64,000 bases of DNA from Bacilli bacterium (GCA_024695105.1 JAILIV010000021.1:15666-79665); one strand, 5' to 3'. Positions 1 to 9,796 are shown, numbered from the stretch's first letter. Made by a program: numbers and translations. The notes: generated by a model from the sequence alone, not told the origin.

Positions 1-1426
1 CGAATGGGTTCCCGCTTGGGGCGAAGCCAAGATGGTCAACATGATCAAAGACCGCGCGGATTGGTGCATCTCCCGTCAGCGCGTCTGGGGCGTGCCTCTG
101 CCCATCATCTATAACGAGGACGGTTCGCCGATTCTGGAGAAGGAAGTGTTCGACCATATCGCTTCCTTAGTGCGCGAACACGGGTCCAACGTGTGGTTTC
201 AGCGCGAAGCGAAGGATTTGCTCCCGGAAGGCTATTCCAATCCCGCCTCCCCCAATGGCGGTTTCACCAAAGAGACCGACATCATGGACGTTTGGTTCGA
301 TTCGGGCTCTTCCTGGAATGGCGTGATGAAGGAACGCGGACTCGGCTATCCCTGCGACTTGTATCTAGAAGGCAACGACCAGTACCGCGGATGGTTCAAC
401 TCTTCGCTTATCCTTTCCCTTGCCGTTACGGGCGTCCCCGCGTTTAAGACCGTGGTGACCCATGGCTTCGTCATGGACGAGAACTGGCAGAAGATGTCGA
501 AAAGCTCCGGCAATGGCATCGATCCCAATAAGATCATCTCCGAATTTGGCGCGGACATTTTGCGCCTTTGGGCCGGCAGCGTGGACTACCAAGCCGACGC
601 GCGTCTAGGCCAGACCACGATCCAAACCGCCGCGGACAATTACCGTAAGATCCGCAACACCTTTAAGTTCTTGTTGGGCAACCTTTCCGATTATCAAGAA
701 GGCGAGCAGGAATACTCGCTTTTGGACCGTTACGTCTTAGCGCGTCTGCACGAAGTGGTGAAATCGTCCAACGAGGCTTATGCCCATTACGATTTCCGCG
801 CGGTGGTGGACAAGATCACCTTGTTCATGTCCGGGGACCTTTCCTCCCTTTATTTGGACTACGCGAAAGACATCCTTTATTGCGACGGATCCTCCAGCCC
901 GAGAAGGAAGGCCATCGTCTCCGTCATCCATGAATTGGCCTGGAAACTTTGCTTGCTGCTTAACCCCATCCTCCCCTTCACGATGGAGGAGGTGTACCAC
1001 CATCTCCCCGACGCGAAGAAGACCTCGCCACAGCTTGAGGACATGCCGAAAGCCAGCGACCTTGACGCGGGGCTTTTATCTTCCTTCGATGCGTTTAAGG
1101 CGCTGCGCGACGTGGCGTTAAAGTGCCTTGAAGAAAAGCGCGCGGAGGGCGTCATCGGACGTTCGACGGAGGCTTCCATCTCTTTGTCTGTTTCGAATAA
1201 GGAACTATATAAGCAATTACAAAACGTCGATGAAGAGCTTCTTTCCAAGTTCTTCATGGTCTCTTCCATCTCTTTAAGCGAGGGTGATGAAGATGCCTGC
1301 GAAGCCTCGGTCTACGAAGCGCCGTTATGCCCGCGCTGCCGCTTGAAGGTCGCCTCTTTGGTCTCCTTCGTGGACGTCGAGGTCTGCCCGCGGTGCGCGA
1401 AGGCGTTGGAGGGTTTCCATGAGTAA
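1..1426 (+). CDS. ileS: Isoleucyl-tRNA synthetase, C-terminal part; the 5' end lies upstream of the window
   Basis: KMSKS motif (QKMSKSSGNGIDP), anticodon-binding region and a C-terminal Cys4 zinc finger (CPRC...CPRC). The reading frame is open to position 1. Confidence 0.9.
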   Translation, partial: EWVPAWGEAKMVNMIKDRADWCISRQRVWGVPLPIIYNEDGSPILEKEVFDHIASLVREHGSNVWFQREAKDLLPEGYSNPASPNGGFTKETDIMDVWFDSGSSWNGVMKERGLGYPCDLYLEGNDQYRGWFNSSLILSLAVTGVPAFKTVVTHGFVMDENWQKMSKSSGNGIDPNKIISEFGADILRLWAGSVDYQADARLGQTTIQTAADNYRKIRNTFKFLLGNLSDYQEGEQEYSLLDRYVLARLHEVVKSSNEAYAHYDFRAVVDKITLFMSGDLSSLYLDYAKDILYCDGSSSPRRKAIVSVIHELAWKLCLLLNPILPFTMEEVYHHLPDAKKTSPQLEDMPKASDLDAGLLSSFDAFKALRDVALKCLEEKRAEGVIGRSTEASISLSVSNKELYKQLQNVDEELLSKFFMVSSISLSEGDEDACEASVYEAPLCPRCRLKVASLVSFVDVEVCPRCAKALEGFHE

Positions 1427-2099
1427 GATGAAGGTGACCTGGACCAAATCGCTGATCATCGGTTTGGTGGTCGCCGGTGTCCTGGTGGGCGTCGACTTCC
1501 TTTCGAAGTGGCTCGTTCAGTCGTTGGTGCCACTTGCCTCGCCGATTGAGGTCATCCCCAATTTCTTTTACATCACGAAGTCCTATAACACCGCCGTCGC
1601 CTTTTCCATCGGTTCGGGCTGGGGCGTGTGGGGCAGGGTGCTGAACATCACGATTTCGGTGGTGATGTCCTTTGCCATCTTCTTCTATTACCTGACCCAC
1701 GAGTCCAAGATGAAACCCGTGGAGAAGATCATCGCCGTATTGCTTGGCGCGGGGGCGGTGGGAAACCTCATCGACCGCGCGTTCTATTGGAGCGGGACGA
1801 CGGGATTCGATGGGGTCATCGACTTTTTTCAGTTCTATCTTGGCGGAGGCCCTGGCGCCCCCAGCGGATTCTTCAATCCGTTCGCCACGTTTAACTTCGC
1901 CGACGCGTGTCTGACCATCGGCATCCTGATGCTGTTGGTGGTTCTGGTCATCGACCTCATCCGCGATGGGAAAAACGATTCGAACACGGAGGACCCGCGC
2001 CTTCAAAGCGCGCCTTCCACCCTCGCGAAGGAAAATGTTGAAGAAAATAAACAAGTAGACGAAATCCCTGCTCAAAAAGAGGAGAAAAAGGACGAATGA
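1419..2099 (+). CDS. lspA: Lipoprotein signal peptidase II with an unusual ~60-aa Lys/Glu-rich C-terminal tail
   Basis: Four transmembrane segments and the conserved FNFADACLTIGI box. The gene overlaps the ileS stop by 8 nt. It encodes 226 aa, whereas typical LspA is about 160 aa. Confidence 0.85.
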   Translation: MSKMKVTWTKSLIIGLVVAGVLVGVDFLSKWLVQSLVPLASPIEVIPNFFYITKSYNTAVAFSIGSGWGVWGRVLNITISVVMSFAIFFYYLTHESKMKPVEKIIAVLLGAGAVGNLIDRAFYWSGTTGFDGVIDFFQFYLGGGPGAPSGFFNPFATFNFADACLTIGILMLLVVLVIDLIRDGKNDSNTEDPRLQSAPSTLAKENVEENKQVDEIPAQKEEKKDE

Positions 2100-2998
2100 A
2101 GTCTTTTATCGCCCAAGGAGAACTCGTTGGCCTTCGCTTGGACGAAGCCGTTTTCAAGTCGGGATTCACCCTGTCTCGTTCTAAGGCCAGCGCCTTGATC
2201 AAGGCGGGCAAAGTGACCGTGAACGGGGCCATTGAAAAAGCCCATTACCCGTTAGAGGAAAACGACCTCGTCGAGGTAGGGGAGGCCGAGGAATCCAAAC
2301 CCGTTTTGCAAGGCGAGGACATCCCCTTGGACGTCGTGTATGAAGATGACGACATCCTCGTCCTCAATAAGCCTGCCGGGCTGGTCGTCCATCCGGGCAA
2401 TGGTAACCCCACGGGTACGCTTTTGCACGCGCTCATCCATGCGGGAATCAAACTTTCCGGTGGGGACGCCAGCCGTCCGGGCATCGTCCATCGCATCGAT
2501 AAGGACACCTCGGGGTTGCTCTGCGTCGCCAAAACGGAGGAAGCCTTCCTCTCCTTGTCCAAACAGCTTTCCGACCATTCGATGAACCGTCGTTATAAGG
2601 CTTTGGTCCTTGGGGTGATTCCCGAAGACGATGGCAAGATCGACGCGCCCATCGCGCGTAGCAAAAAACAGCCGATGAAGTATTGCGTAGACCTTAAAGG
2701 CAAGGAGTCTGTGACGTTCTTCCATGTCGAGCAACGTTTCCGGGAAAGCGGCGTCAGTCTGGTGAGCTGCCGTCTTTTGACCGGCAGGACCCACCAAATC
2801 CGCGTCCATATGGAATACATTGGCCACCCCGTGCTCGGGGATCCCCTTTATGGGGCGGGCAACCGCAAAATATACGATAAGGGCCAGCTTCTCCACGCCT
2901 ACGAACTGACGCTGACCCATCCAAAAACAGGGGAGAGGATGACCTTCTCCTGCTCGTTGCCACCACATTTCCTGGAAGTGTTAGGACAACTGAAATAA
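2096..2998 (+). CDS. rluD: RluD-family 23S rRNA pseudouridine synthase with an N-terminal S4 domain
   Basis: HRIDKDTSGLLCVAKT catalytic motif and an S4-like N-terminus. ATGA overlap with lspA. Confidence 0.85.
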   Translation: MKSFIAQGELVGLRLDEAVFKSGFTLSRSKASALIKAGKVTVNGAIEKAHYPLEENDLVEVGEAEESKPVLQGEDIPLDVVYEDDDILVLNKPAGLVVHPGNGNPTGTLLHALIHAGIKLSGGDASRPGIVHRIDKDTSGLLCVAKTEEAFLSLSKQLSDHSMNRRYKALVLGVIPEDDGKIDAPIARSKKQPMKYCVDLKGKESVTFFHVEQRFRESGVSLVSCRLLTGRTHQIRVHMEYIGHPVLGDPLYGAGNRKIYDKGQLLHAYELTLTHPKTGERMTFSCSLPPHFLEVLGQLK

Positions 2999-3085
2999 GC
3001 AAAAGAAAAGCCTTGCCCGAGAAGCCCCCGCTCAAAAGCGGACAGAATGAAAGGGAAAGGTATTTTCCCAAATGCCCCCTTTGGT

Positions 3086-4015
3086 TTATTCCTGCGGAAG
3101 GATTTTTTTCATGTTGGCGAAGTTAACCTTGGCCACCTTTTGGAGTTCTTCGACGCCGAAACGTTTCACGAAGGATTTGCCGAAGCGGTTGACGCTAGGC
3201 CCCGCCCCCAAAGGGAATTCCATGTCGTAGCGTTTCCCCATCTCCTCCATCTTGCAGAGAAAGACGTAACGGGCGATGCAACTGGCCGCGGCGACGCTGG
3301 GGAACTTGGATTCGCCTTTGGTGGCGAAGATGATGCCCTTGCATACTTCCTTTTCGCCTTGCAGATAGGAATAGTAGAGCTTTGGCGCGGCGAATTGGTC
3401 TTGGTAGATGGCGGTCTTCACGTGACGGGCGGAGACGTTAAGCAAGGCGCGGTTATGCAGTTTGGCCTTGATGGAGTTCATGTTTTCGCCTTTGGCGATG
3501 ACTTCGTTGTATTTGGGGTTATCCAAAATCAAAAGCGAATGGTCAAGCCGCTGGAGCAGTTCGGGCCCCAAGGTGCGGATCCGTTCATCGGACAAAGCCT
3601 TGGAATCGGTGACGCCCAGCTCTTTCAATAGGGGAAGGTCCTTCGTGGGGACATAGGCCGCCACGACGATCACGGGCCCGAAGAAATCCCCGGTCCCGAC
3701 CTCGTCGGATCCGATCTGGTCGCCGAGGCTTAACGAGAGCAGCGTGGGTTTGCTTGGTGTTTCGACAGGGGGGCAATATCTCTTCCAGATGGAGGATTCG
3801 TATTCGGCCTTCTCCCCTTGGAAGACGACCTTGCGGCAGCCGTCCTTCTTTTTGCGGTACACGGTGATGGCCACCTCCTCGCCGACGGCGAAGAAGTCGA
3901 CGTAGGGGGAAGGGTTTTCCTTCTCGAACTCGGCATAGAAAACCTCCATCTTGGCGATGGCCTCGTCAGGCAGGGACAAGGTGACGTTTCGGGAAGGTTC
4001 CATCCTTACCATCAT
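3086..4015 (-). CDS. rnhC: Ribonuclease HIII
   Basis: N-terminal RNase HIII-specific domain followed by an RNase HII-like fold with GSDEVGTGDFFGP and DSK motifs. Length 309 aa. Confidence 0.8.
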   Translation of the reverse strand: MMVRMEPSRNVTLSLPDEAIAKMEVFYAEFEKENPSPYVDFFAVGEEVAITVYRKKKDGCRKVVFQGEKAEYESSIWKRYCPPVETPSKPTLLSLSLGDQIGSDEVGTGDFFGPVIVVAAYVPTKDLPLLKELGVTDSKALSDERIRTLGPELLQRLDHSLLILDNPKYNEVIAKGENMNSIKAKLHNRALLNVSARHVKTAIYQDQFAAPKLYYSYLQGEKEVCKGIIFATKGESKFPSVAAASCIARYVFLCKMEEMGKRYDMEFPLGAGPSVNRFGKSFVKRFGVEELQKVAKVNFANMKKILPQE

Positions 4016-4099
4016 ACGCTTTGCCCTAGGGGGGCGAAAGGCTTAGAGGGTACTTTGGCAAAGCCAATTCCTTTGTCTTTCGCTTAGCGTGGGGGGATA

Positions 4100-6409
4100 A
4101 TGGGAGCCATGCAAGACGCGTTTGAGGTGCTTCAGTTATCCGAAGTGGTGGCCAAGGTCGCCTCTTTCGCCCACACCGAGCAGGGCAAGGCGGCCCTTTT
4201 GGCCTTGCGCCCGATTCCACTTAAGGAGAGGGATCGGCAACGCATCTATCTCAAAGACATGCAAGGGATCGTCGACGAGGTCGGTCCTTTTCCCATCGTT
4301 TCCTCCAGTGACCTGTCCTCTCGTGTGGACATGGCCAAAAAAGGCGGGACGCTTGGGGAACTTGACTTCTCCCGCGTCTTAAGCGACCTCAACCAAGTCA
4401 AAGACCTGAAGGCCCATTTGCGCGACGCCACCCAAGGGGAAGGCATCCGTTCCCTCGTGTTGGGCTTGCCTACGCTTGAACCGCTCCGCCAAGGCATATT
4501 GCGCGTCCTTGCCCCAGACCTGTCCATCAAGGACACCGCATCGGTGGAACTAAAGCGGATCCGTTCCTCCATCGCCCATAAGCAAAAGGAAATCACCAAA
4601 CGCTTGGACGCCATCCTTAACGAAAACCGTGGCTTCCTTTCCGGGGATTCCTGGACGATGCGCAACGGGCATTACGTTTTGCCCGTGGCTAACGCCCACA
4701 AGCATCAGGTTCGGGGCTATGTCCAAGACGTCTCTTCTTCGGGAGGCACCGCTTTCATTGAGCCGGAAGCTTTGCTTCGCTTGCAAAATGACATCGCTTT
4801 GCTCCAAGCCGAGGAGAAGGAGGAGATCCGCAGGATCTTGGCTTCCTTGTCTCGGCTACTAGGAACTAGCGCGGCGGAATTCTCCTTCATTAACCAAACC
4901 ATCGGGCAATTGGACTTCCATCAATCCAAAGTCCTTTATGGGCGGGAAATCAATGGGCATTTGGGGGAGAAAAGCGTCGATGGCTCCTTGTTTTTGCCGG
5001 GCGCTAGACATCCGCTAATCCCCAAAAACAAAGTCGTCGCGAACGATTTCTCCTTGTCTCCCAGCCGCCCCATTTTGGTCCTTTCCGGCCCCAATGCCGG
5101 CGGGAAGACGGTCGCGTTAAAGACATTGGGGACCATCTGCATGATGTTTGCCATGGCCCTTCCCTTGCCTTGTTTGCAAGGGGCGGAGATCCCTGAATTC
5201 GAAAACGTGGTGGTGGACATTGGGGACAGCCAATCCTTATTCGACAACCTTTCCACTTTTTCCGGCCATATCGGCAACATCAAGGACATTCTCCTTTCGG
5301 TGAAGAAAGAGGATTTGGTGCTTTTGGACGAAGTGGGCACGGGCACCAGCCCCAAGGAAGGGGAAGCCCTTGCCTTGGCCATCGTGGAGGAACTCAAAAG
5401 CATCGGTTGCTACGCGTTGGTCTCGTCCCATTTCGAGGGGCTAAAGTCCTATGCCTTATCTTCCACCGACGTGGAAAACGCCTCGCTTTTATTCGACGAG
5501 AAGACGCTTTCGCCCACTTATGTGCTCCGCGTCGGTTATCCTGGCGAATCCTATGGATTAGACGTCGCTAGGCGTTTAGGCTTGCCTTCTTCGGTCATCG
5601 CCCGGGCGGAAGAATTCCTGCAAAAGGAGGATTCCTCCGTCGAAGGGAAGCTGCGCCACCTGTCCGAATTGACGCTTCAAGCGGAAGAAAAGGCAGCCTC
5701 TGTTTCCAAAAAGGAAGAAGAGCTTTCCTTGGTTTTGACGGAAAACAAACGGCTTAAGGCAGAACTAGCGAAGAAGCAGGAGAAGTTTGAGGAAGAATGC
5801 CGCTTGGAAAAGCAACGGCTTCTGGAAAAAGCCCAGGAAGAGATCCAACAGGCGATCCGCGACCTATCTTCCCCCGACGCTAAGCTCCACCATGCGATCA
5901 AGGCCAAAGCCAATTTGGATGCGCTAGAGGAAAAGCAAGAAGGCCCAAGTTTCGACCATCCGCTTCAAGTGGGCGATTACGCCTCCGCGCCCTCTTTCGG
6001 CGTGGAAGGCCGCATCCAAAAGTTAGATGGCAAACGTTCTGAGCTTCTCACCCCTGAGGGCATGACCGTGCGTATCGACGCCAAATGCTTGGTGCCCGCG
6101 GAAGCCCCTGTCCCCAAAAAAGCCGCCCCGAAAGTGGACGTGGACGCCCTTCCCGAGCAAGGGCTTTCTTTGGAAATCGTTTTGATTGGCATGCGTGAGG
6201 CGGAGGCGATGGCGGAACTCGATAAGTATTTGGACCGCTGCCGGCTCAAAGGCTTCAAAAGGGTCCGGGTCATCCATGGTCTTGGCTCGGGCATATTGCG
6301 TCGGGCCACCCATGCGTATCTAAAGGCCCATTCTTCCTTCGTGGACCGCTTTGAGTTAGGCGGGGAGTTCGAAGGCGGTGGCGGCGCGACGGTGGTGTAC
6401 CTCAAATGA
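4100..6409 (+). CDS. mutS2: Endonuclease MutS2 (MutS domains, ATPase and C-terminal Smr)
   Basis: Walker A motif GPNAGGKTVALKT, DEVGTGT, and a C-terminal Smr domain (LEIVLIGMREAEAMAELDKYL...VIHGLGSGILR). Confidence 0.9.
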   Translation: MGAMQDAFEVLQLSEVVAKVASFAHTEQGKAALLALRPIPLKERDRQRIYLKDMQGIVDEVGPFPIVSSSDLSSRVDMAKKGGTLGELDFSRVLSDLNQVKDLKAHLRDATQGEGIRSLVLGLPTLEPLRQGILRVLAPDLSIKDTASVELKRIRSSIAHKQKEITKRLDAILNENRGFLSGDSWTMRNGHYVLPVANAHKHQVRGYVQDVSSSGGTAFIEPEALLRLQNDIALLQAEEKEEIRRILASLSRLLGTSAAEFSFINQTIGQLDFHQSKVLYGREINGHLGEKSVDGSLFLPGARHPLIPKNKVVANDFSLSPSRPILVLSGPNAGGKTVALKTLGTICMMFAMALPLPCLQGAEIPEFENVVVDIGDSQSLFDNLSTFSGHIGNIKDILLSVKKEDLVLLDEVGTGTSPKEGEALALAIVEELKSIGCYALVSSHFEGLKSYALSSTDVENASLLFDEKTLSPTYVLRVGYPGESYGLDVARRLGLPSSVIARAEEFLQKEDSSVEGKLRHLSELTLQAEEKAASVSKKEEELSLVLTENKRLKAELAKKQEKFEEECRLEKQRLLEKAQEEIQQAIRDLSSPDAKLHHAIKAKANLDALEEKQEGPSFDHPLQVGDYASAPSFGVEGRIQKLDGKRSELLTPEGMTVRIDAKCLVPAEAPVPKKAAPKVDVDALPEQGLSLEIVLIGMREAEAMAELDKYLDRCRLKGFKRVRVIHGLGSGILRRATHAYLKAHSSFVDRFELGGEFEGGGGATVVYLK

Positions 6410-8178
6410 TCAGCGAGAAACTCCGCCGGCTGATTTCCTTGCTCCCGGACCGCCCTGGCGTCTATTTGATGAAGGACGCCTCCGACCGGATCATTTACAT
6501 TGGCAAAGCCAAAAACCTCAAAAACAGGGTCAGCCAGTATTTTTTGCGACCCCAAAGTGGGAAGGTCGCGGCGATGGTGAGCCACGTCGACCATTTCGAG
6601 ACCATCATCGTCGGCAGCGACAAAGAGGCGTTCATCTTGGAACAAAACCTCATCCAGACGCATTACCCCCGTTACAACATCATGCTGATGGACGATAGCC
6701 ACTATCCCTATATCGCCTTGAAACGGCATGACGATCCGATGCTTAAGATCGCGCGGGACACCAAGGATTCCCATTATTTCTACTTTGGCCCATTCCCCAG
6801 TTCCTTCGCCGCCAGGCAAACCATCGATTTGCTCAACAAGATCTACCCTACGCGAAAGTGCGCCCATATCCCGAACAAGCCTTGCCTTTACTATTCGATG
6901 GGCCAATGCTTGGCCCCGTGCATCAAACCTTTGGGGAAGGAAAAGGCGGAAGAGCTTTATTCGTCCATCAAACGTTTCATGAACGGGGATAACGGCGAGG
7001 CGGTGGCGTTGCTGAGGAAACGCATGGCCGAAGCGGTGGAACGGCTCGACTATGAGACCGCCGGCGAATGCAAGAAAAGCATCGATGCCCTAGAACACGT
7101 GACCGAAGGGCAAAGCGTGGAGATCTCCTCTTCCATTCGCGACGGGGACGTCTTTGCCTTCGCTGAGCGGGATTCTTATCTTTGCCTGGCCATTTTGACC
7201 TACCGCAGAGGGAAGTTGCTTGGCAAAACCACCCACGTGGTGCCGAGTTTCCTTTCCCCTGAGGAAACCGCGTTGGATTGCGTTTTGCAGTACTACCAAA
7301 ACCACGAATTGCCGCCTCTTGTGGTCACCCGTATCCAAGGGGCCAAGGAAGCCCTCGCCTGCATTTATGAAGGCGTCATCGTTCAGGTTCCGGAAGAAGG
7401 GAAACTAAGCGACGTCATTTCGATCGCTTCCTTAAACGCCCGGCAAGGGTTGGACGCCCATTTCCTCACCGCAAGGTTAGAGGACGATAACGCCGCGATT
7501 CTGGACGAGCTTGGCGAATTGCTAAGCATGGACACCCCATTGCGGATTGAACTGTTCGATAACTCCCACCTCCAAGGCTCTAGCCCGGTAGGGGCGATGG
7601 TGTGCTACGTCAACGGCGCCCCCGCGAAGAAGATGTACCGCAAGTTTTTGCTTCCCGAGGACGTGGCGGGAGACGATTACCATTCGATGGCCCACGTCGT
7701 GGGAAGAAGGTATGGACGGCTGAAGGAAGAGGGGGCGGAATACCCGGACCTCATCCTGGTCGATGGTGGGTTGCCCCAAGTCCACGCAGCCCAAGAAGGA
7801 TTAAGCCAAGTCCACGTGGACATTCCCGTCTATGGTTTGTTTAAAAACGACCGTCACCAGACCAGCGGGTTGATCGATGGGGAAGGGAAGACTTACCCCC
7901 TCGACGCCAAGTCGCCTTTGTTTTTTCTGCTCATGCGCATGCAAGACGAAGTGCATCGTTATGCGATTTCCTTCCACCGCCAGAAGCGGGGCAAGGCGAT
8001 GGTCAATTCGATCTTCGACGGCGTTCCTGGGCTAGGCGCAAAGCGCAGGGAAAAACTTCAATCCACTTATCCGAGCATCGATGCGCTTCTGGGGGCCTCG
8101 CTTGGGGAACTCTCCCAAATCATCCCCGAGGAGTCCGCTCTCGCCTTATATAAAAAGCTTCATGGCAACAAGGGATAG
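6406..8178 (+). CDS. uvrC: Excinuclease ABC subunit C
   Basis: N-terminal GIY-YIG domain (GVYLMKD...IYIGKAKNLKNRVSQY), UvrBC-interacting region and a C-terminal RNase H-like/HhH region. ATGA overlap with mutS2. Confidence 0.9.
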   Translation: MISEKLRRLISLLPDRPGVYLMKDASDRIIYIGKAKNLKNRVSQYFLRPQSGKVAAMVSHVDHFETIIVGSDKEAFILEQNLIQTHYPRYNIMLMDDSHYPYIALKRHDDPMLKIARDTKDSHYFYFGPFPSSFAARQTIDLLNKIYPTRKCAHIPNKPCLYYSMGQCLAPCIKPLGKEKAEELYSSIKRFMNGDNGEAVALLRKRMAEAVERLDYETAGECKKSIDALEHVTEGQSVEISSSIRDGDVFAFAERDSYLCLAILTYRRGKLLGKTTHVVPSFLSPEETALDCVLQYYQNHELPPLVVTRIQGAKEALACIYEGVIVQVPEEGKLSDVISIASLNARQGLDAHFLTARLEDDNAAILDELGELLSMDTPLRIELFDNSHLQGSSPVGAMVCYVNGAPAKKMYRKFLLPEDVAGDDYHSMAHVVGRRYGRLKEEGAEYPDLILVDGGLPQVHAAQEGLSQVHVDIPVYGLFKNDRHQTSGLIDGEGKTYPLDAKSPLFFLLMRMQDEVHRYAISFHRQKRGKAMVNSIFDGVPGLGAKRREKLQSTYPSIDALLGASLGELSQIIPEESALALYKKLHGNKG

Positions 8179-8186
8179 GAATATAT

Positions 8187-8819
8187 ATGAAAGTATTGAT
8201 CATCAACGGCTCTCCGCGCCCAAAAGGAAACACAACGAAACTATTGAATGAGACGAAAGACGTCTTTGCTTCCCTCGGTGTGGAGGTGGACGCCTATTCC
8301 ATCGCGGGCAAAAGGATCTCCGGATGCATGGCGTGCAGATACTGCCATACCCACGAAGGTTGCGCCTACCATGACGAAATCGATGACCTCTCCAAACGGT
8401 TCAAGGAAGCCGATGGACTGGTGGTGGCTAGCCCCGTCTACTACGCTTCGCCCAATGGCACCCTGATCTCGCTTTTGGACCGTTTGTTCCAAAGCTCCCG
8501 GTTTGAAAAACGTTATAAGGTGGGCGCGGCCTTCGCCATCGCCCGGCGGGGTGGCACGACCGCGAGCTTTGACGTGCTTAACAAATACTTCACGATCTCA
8601 GGCATGCCCGTGGCTTCGGGCGATTATTGGAACAATGGCTTCGGCGGCGGGGCGGGGGAAATCGCTTTGGACGCGGAAGGGCTGCGCAACGCCCGCGTCG
8701 TCGCGAAACGGATGGTTTTCTTGATGACCGCCATAGCCGAAGCGAAAAAAGCCCATCCCGAATTGCTTCAGGAAGAGCCTAAGGTCGCGACCAATTTCAT
8801 TCGGCCCAAAGGCGAATAG
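8187..8819 (+). CDS. NAD(P)H-dependent FMN reductase-like or iron-sulfur flavoprotein-like oxidoreductase
   Basis: MKVLIINGSPRPKGNTTKL flavodoxin-like fold signature and a conserved Cys cluster (CMACRYCHTHEGC). Confidence 0.7.
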   Translation: MKVLIINGSPRPKGNTTKLLNETKDVFASLGVEVDAYSIAGKRISGCMACRYCHTHEGCAYHDEIDDLSKRFKEADGLVVASPVYYASPNGTLISLLDRLFQSSRFEKRYKVGAAFAIARRGGTTASFDVLNKYFTISGMPVASGDYWNNGFGGGAGEIALDAEGLRNARVVAKRMVFLMTAIAEAKKAHPELLQEEPKVATNFIRPKGE

Positions 8820-9202
8820 CTCGTCATATTCGCTCCATTTACGAAGGCTATAGGTGGCGCCATCGATCAGGAAGATGGCCCGTCGCTTCGATGAGTTGTG
8901 TCTAAGGTTAAGAATGACGCCTTCGAAGCGACCATTCTTTAGGATACATAAAGGCTCTAGGAAGTCTTCGAGGGTTTCTAACCCGGCACGGTAGCGGAAG
9001 CCAGACCTTCCGCCGCATTCGCCGTGCTCCCAGTTGTCGGAGTCGGACTTGAAGTCTTCCAGCATGTAGTAGTGCGCCATCTCTTCTTTGATTTCGGCCA
9101 ACTCGTCCTCGGTAGGGCGTAAAAGGCTTCGCGAATGTAACTGTCGCCCCTTCGTTTCTTCTCTTCATGGATAAGCTCGACGAAATGAAGTTTGTTTGCC
9201 AT
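8820..9202 (-). pseudogene. Frameshifted hypothetical gene, N-terminus MANKLHFVELIHEEKKRRGDSYIREAFYA, continuing in the -1 frame as PTEDELAEIKEEMAHYYMLEDFKSDSDNWEHGE...
   Basis: Two overlapping minus-strand ORFs (8978..9202 and 8598..9101) read as one protein if a single frameshift is allowed near position 9115. The downstream frame stays open to 8598 and runs 220 nt into the convergent oxidoreductase gene. Confidence 0.35.
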
Positions 9203-9429
9203 GTGGTTTCCTCTTAGTCTAAAGGCAACGAATCGAGGAGGATTAGGAAACGGAGAGCATCTGGGATTTCGCAGGGGATGAAACGGTTCGTTTTCCCGTA
9301 AAACGGCATTTATACAGTGTCTTAAAAAGAAAAGATTAACTCCGTTATATCGAAAAAATCAGAATTTGCTGCATATATTCTTTTCATTCTTTCGACATGG
9401 GATAATTATCTACGTCAGGAGGCTAGTTA

Positions 9430-9549
9430 TGCCGAATGACCCATTGGCTTGCCCCACCCTTGGAAAGGAAGAGAGAATGACCGACCTGATCGTCGTGCTG
9501 TTCCTCGTCTACTTGATCCTGGACAAAGTGCGTGAAATAAAAGGCTAGG
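9430..9549 (+). CDS. Small hydrophobic peptide, 40 aa from the ATG with an AGGAGG Shine-Dalgarno (SD) sequence, or 23 aa from an internal ATG at 9478 (MTDLIVVLFLVYLILDKVREIKG)
   Basis: A strong AGGAGG SD sits 8 nt upstream of the ATG at 9430, and a second SD-like GGAAAGGAAG precedes the ATG at 9478. The peptide has one transmembrane helix and a charged tail. It lies in an AT-rich intergenic region next to a tRNA. Confidence 0.3.
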
Positions 9550-9671
9550 CAGGCCAACCGGCTTACCTAGCCCAAGCACAACTTTGGTTTAAAGGATTGA
9601 GCAAGGGTGGGCAAGCCTTGTGAAAAGGCTTTGTTGAAGGTCGGGGACGTTTGCTCTATATTAGAGCCTGC

Positions 9672-9749
9672 TCCGCCCGTAGCTCAGTTGGATAGAGCAA
9701 CAGCCTTCTAAGCTGTGGGTCTGCCGTTCGAGTCGGCACGGGCGGGCCA
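9672..9749 (+). tRNA. tRNA-Arg (anticodon TCT)
   Basis: Hand-folded cloverleaf: acceptor stem CCGCCCG/CGGGCGG, D-arm GCTC-AGTTGGATA-GAGC, anticodon stem ACAGC/GCTGT with loop CTTCTAA (anticodon TCT), T-arm TGCCG-TTCGAGT-CGGCA, and an encoded CCA. An upstream TTGAAG-17-TATATT promoter is present. Confidence 0.85.
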
Positions 9750-9762
9750 AAACGTTCCATGC

Positions 9763-9796
9763 GGCATTTGCGTCTATGCGTTCAAATGCCTTTTTT
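9763..9796 (+). terminator. Rho-independent terminator after tRNA-Arg
   Basis: GGCATTTG...CAAATGCC hairpin followed by TTTTTT. Confidence 0.5.

Noticed and set aside
8820-9660. Possible CRISPR array or integrase near the tRNA
   Set aside because: No regularly spaced repeats are present. There is no integrase, recombinase or transposase ORF, and I could find no direct repeat of the tRNA 3' end. The island therefore appears to be a remnant or non-mobile insertion.
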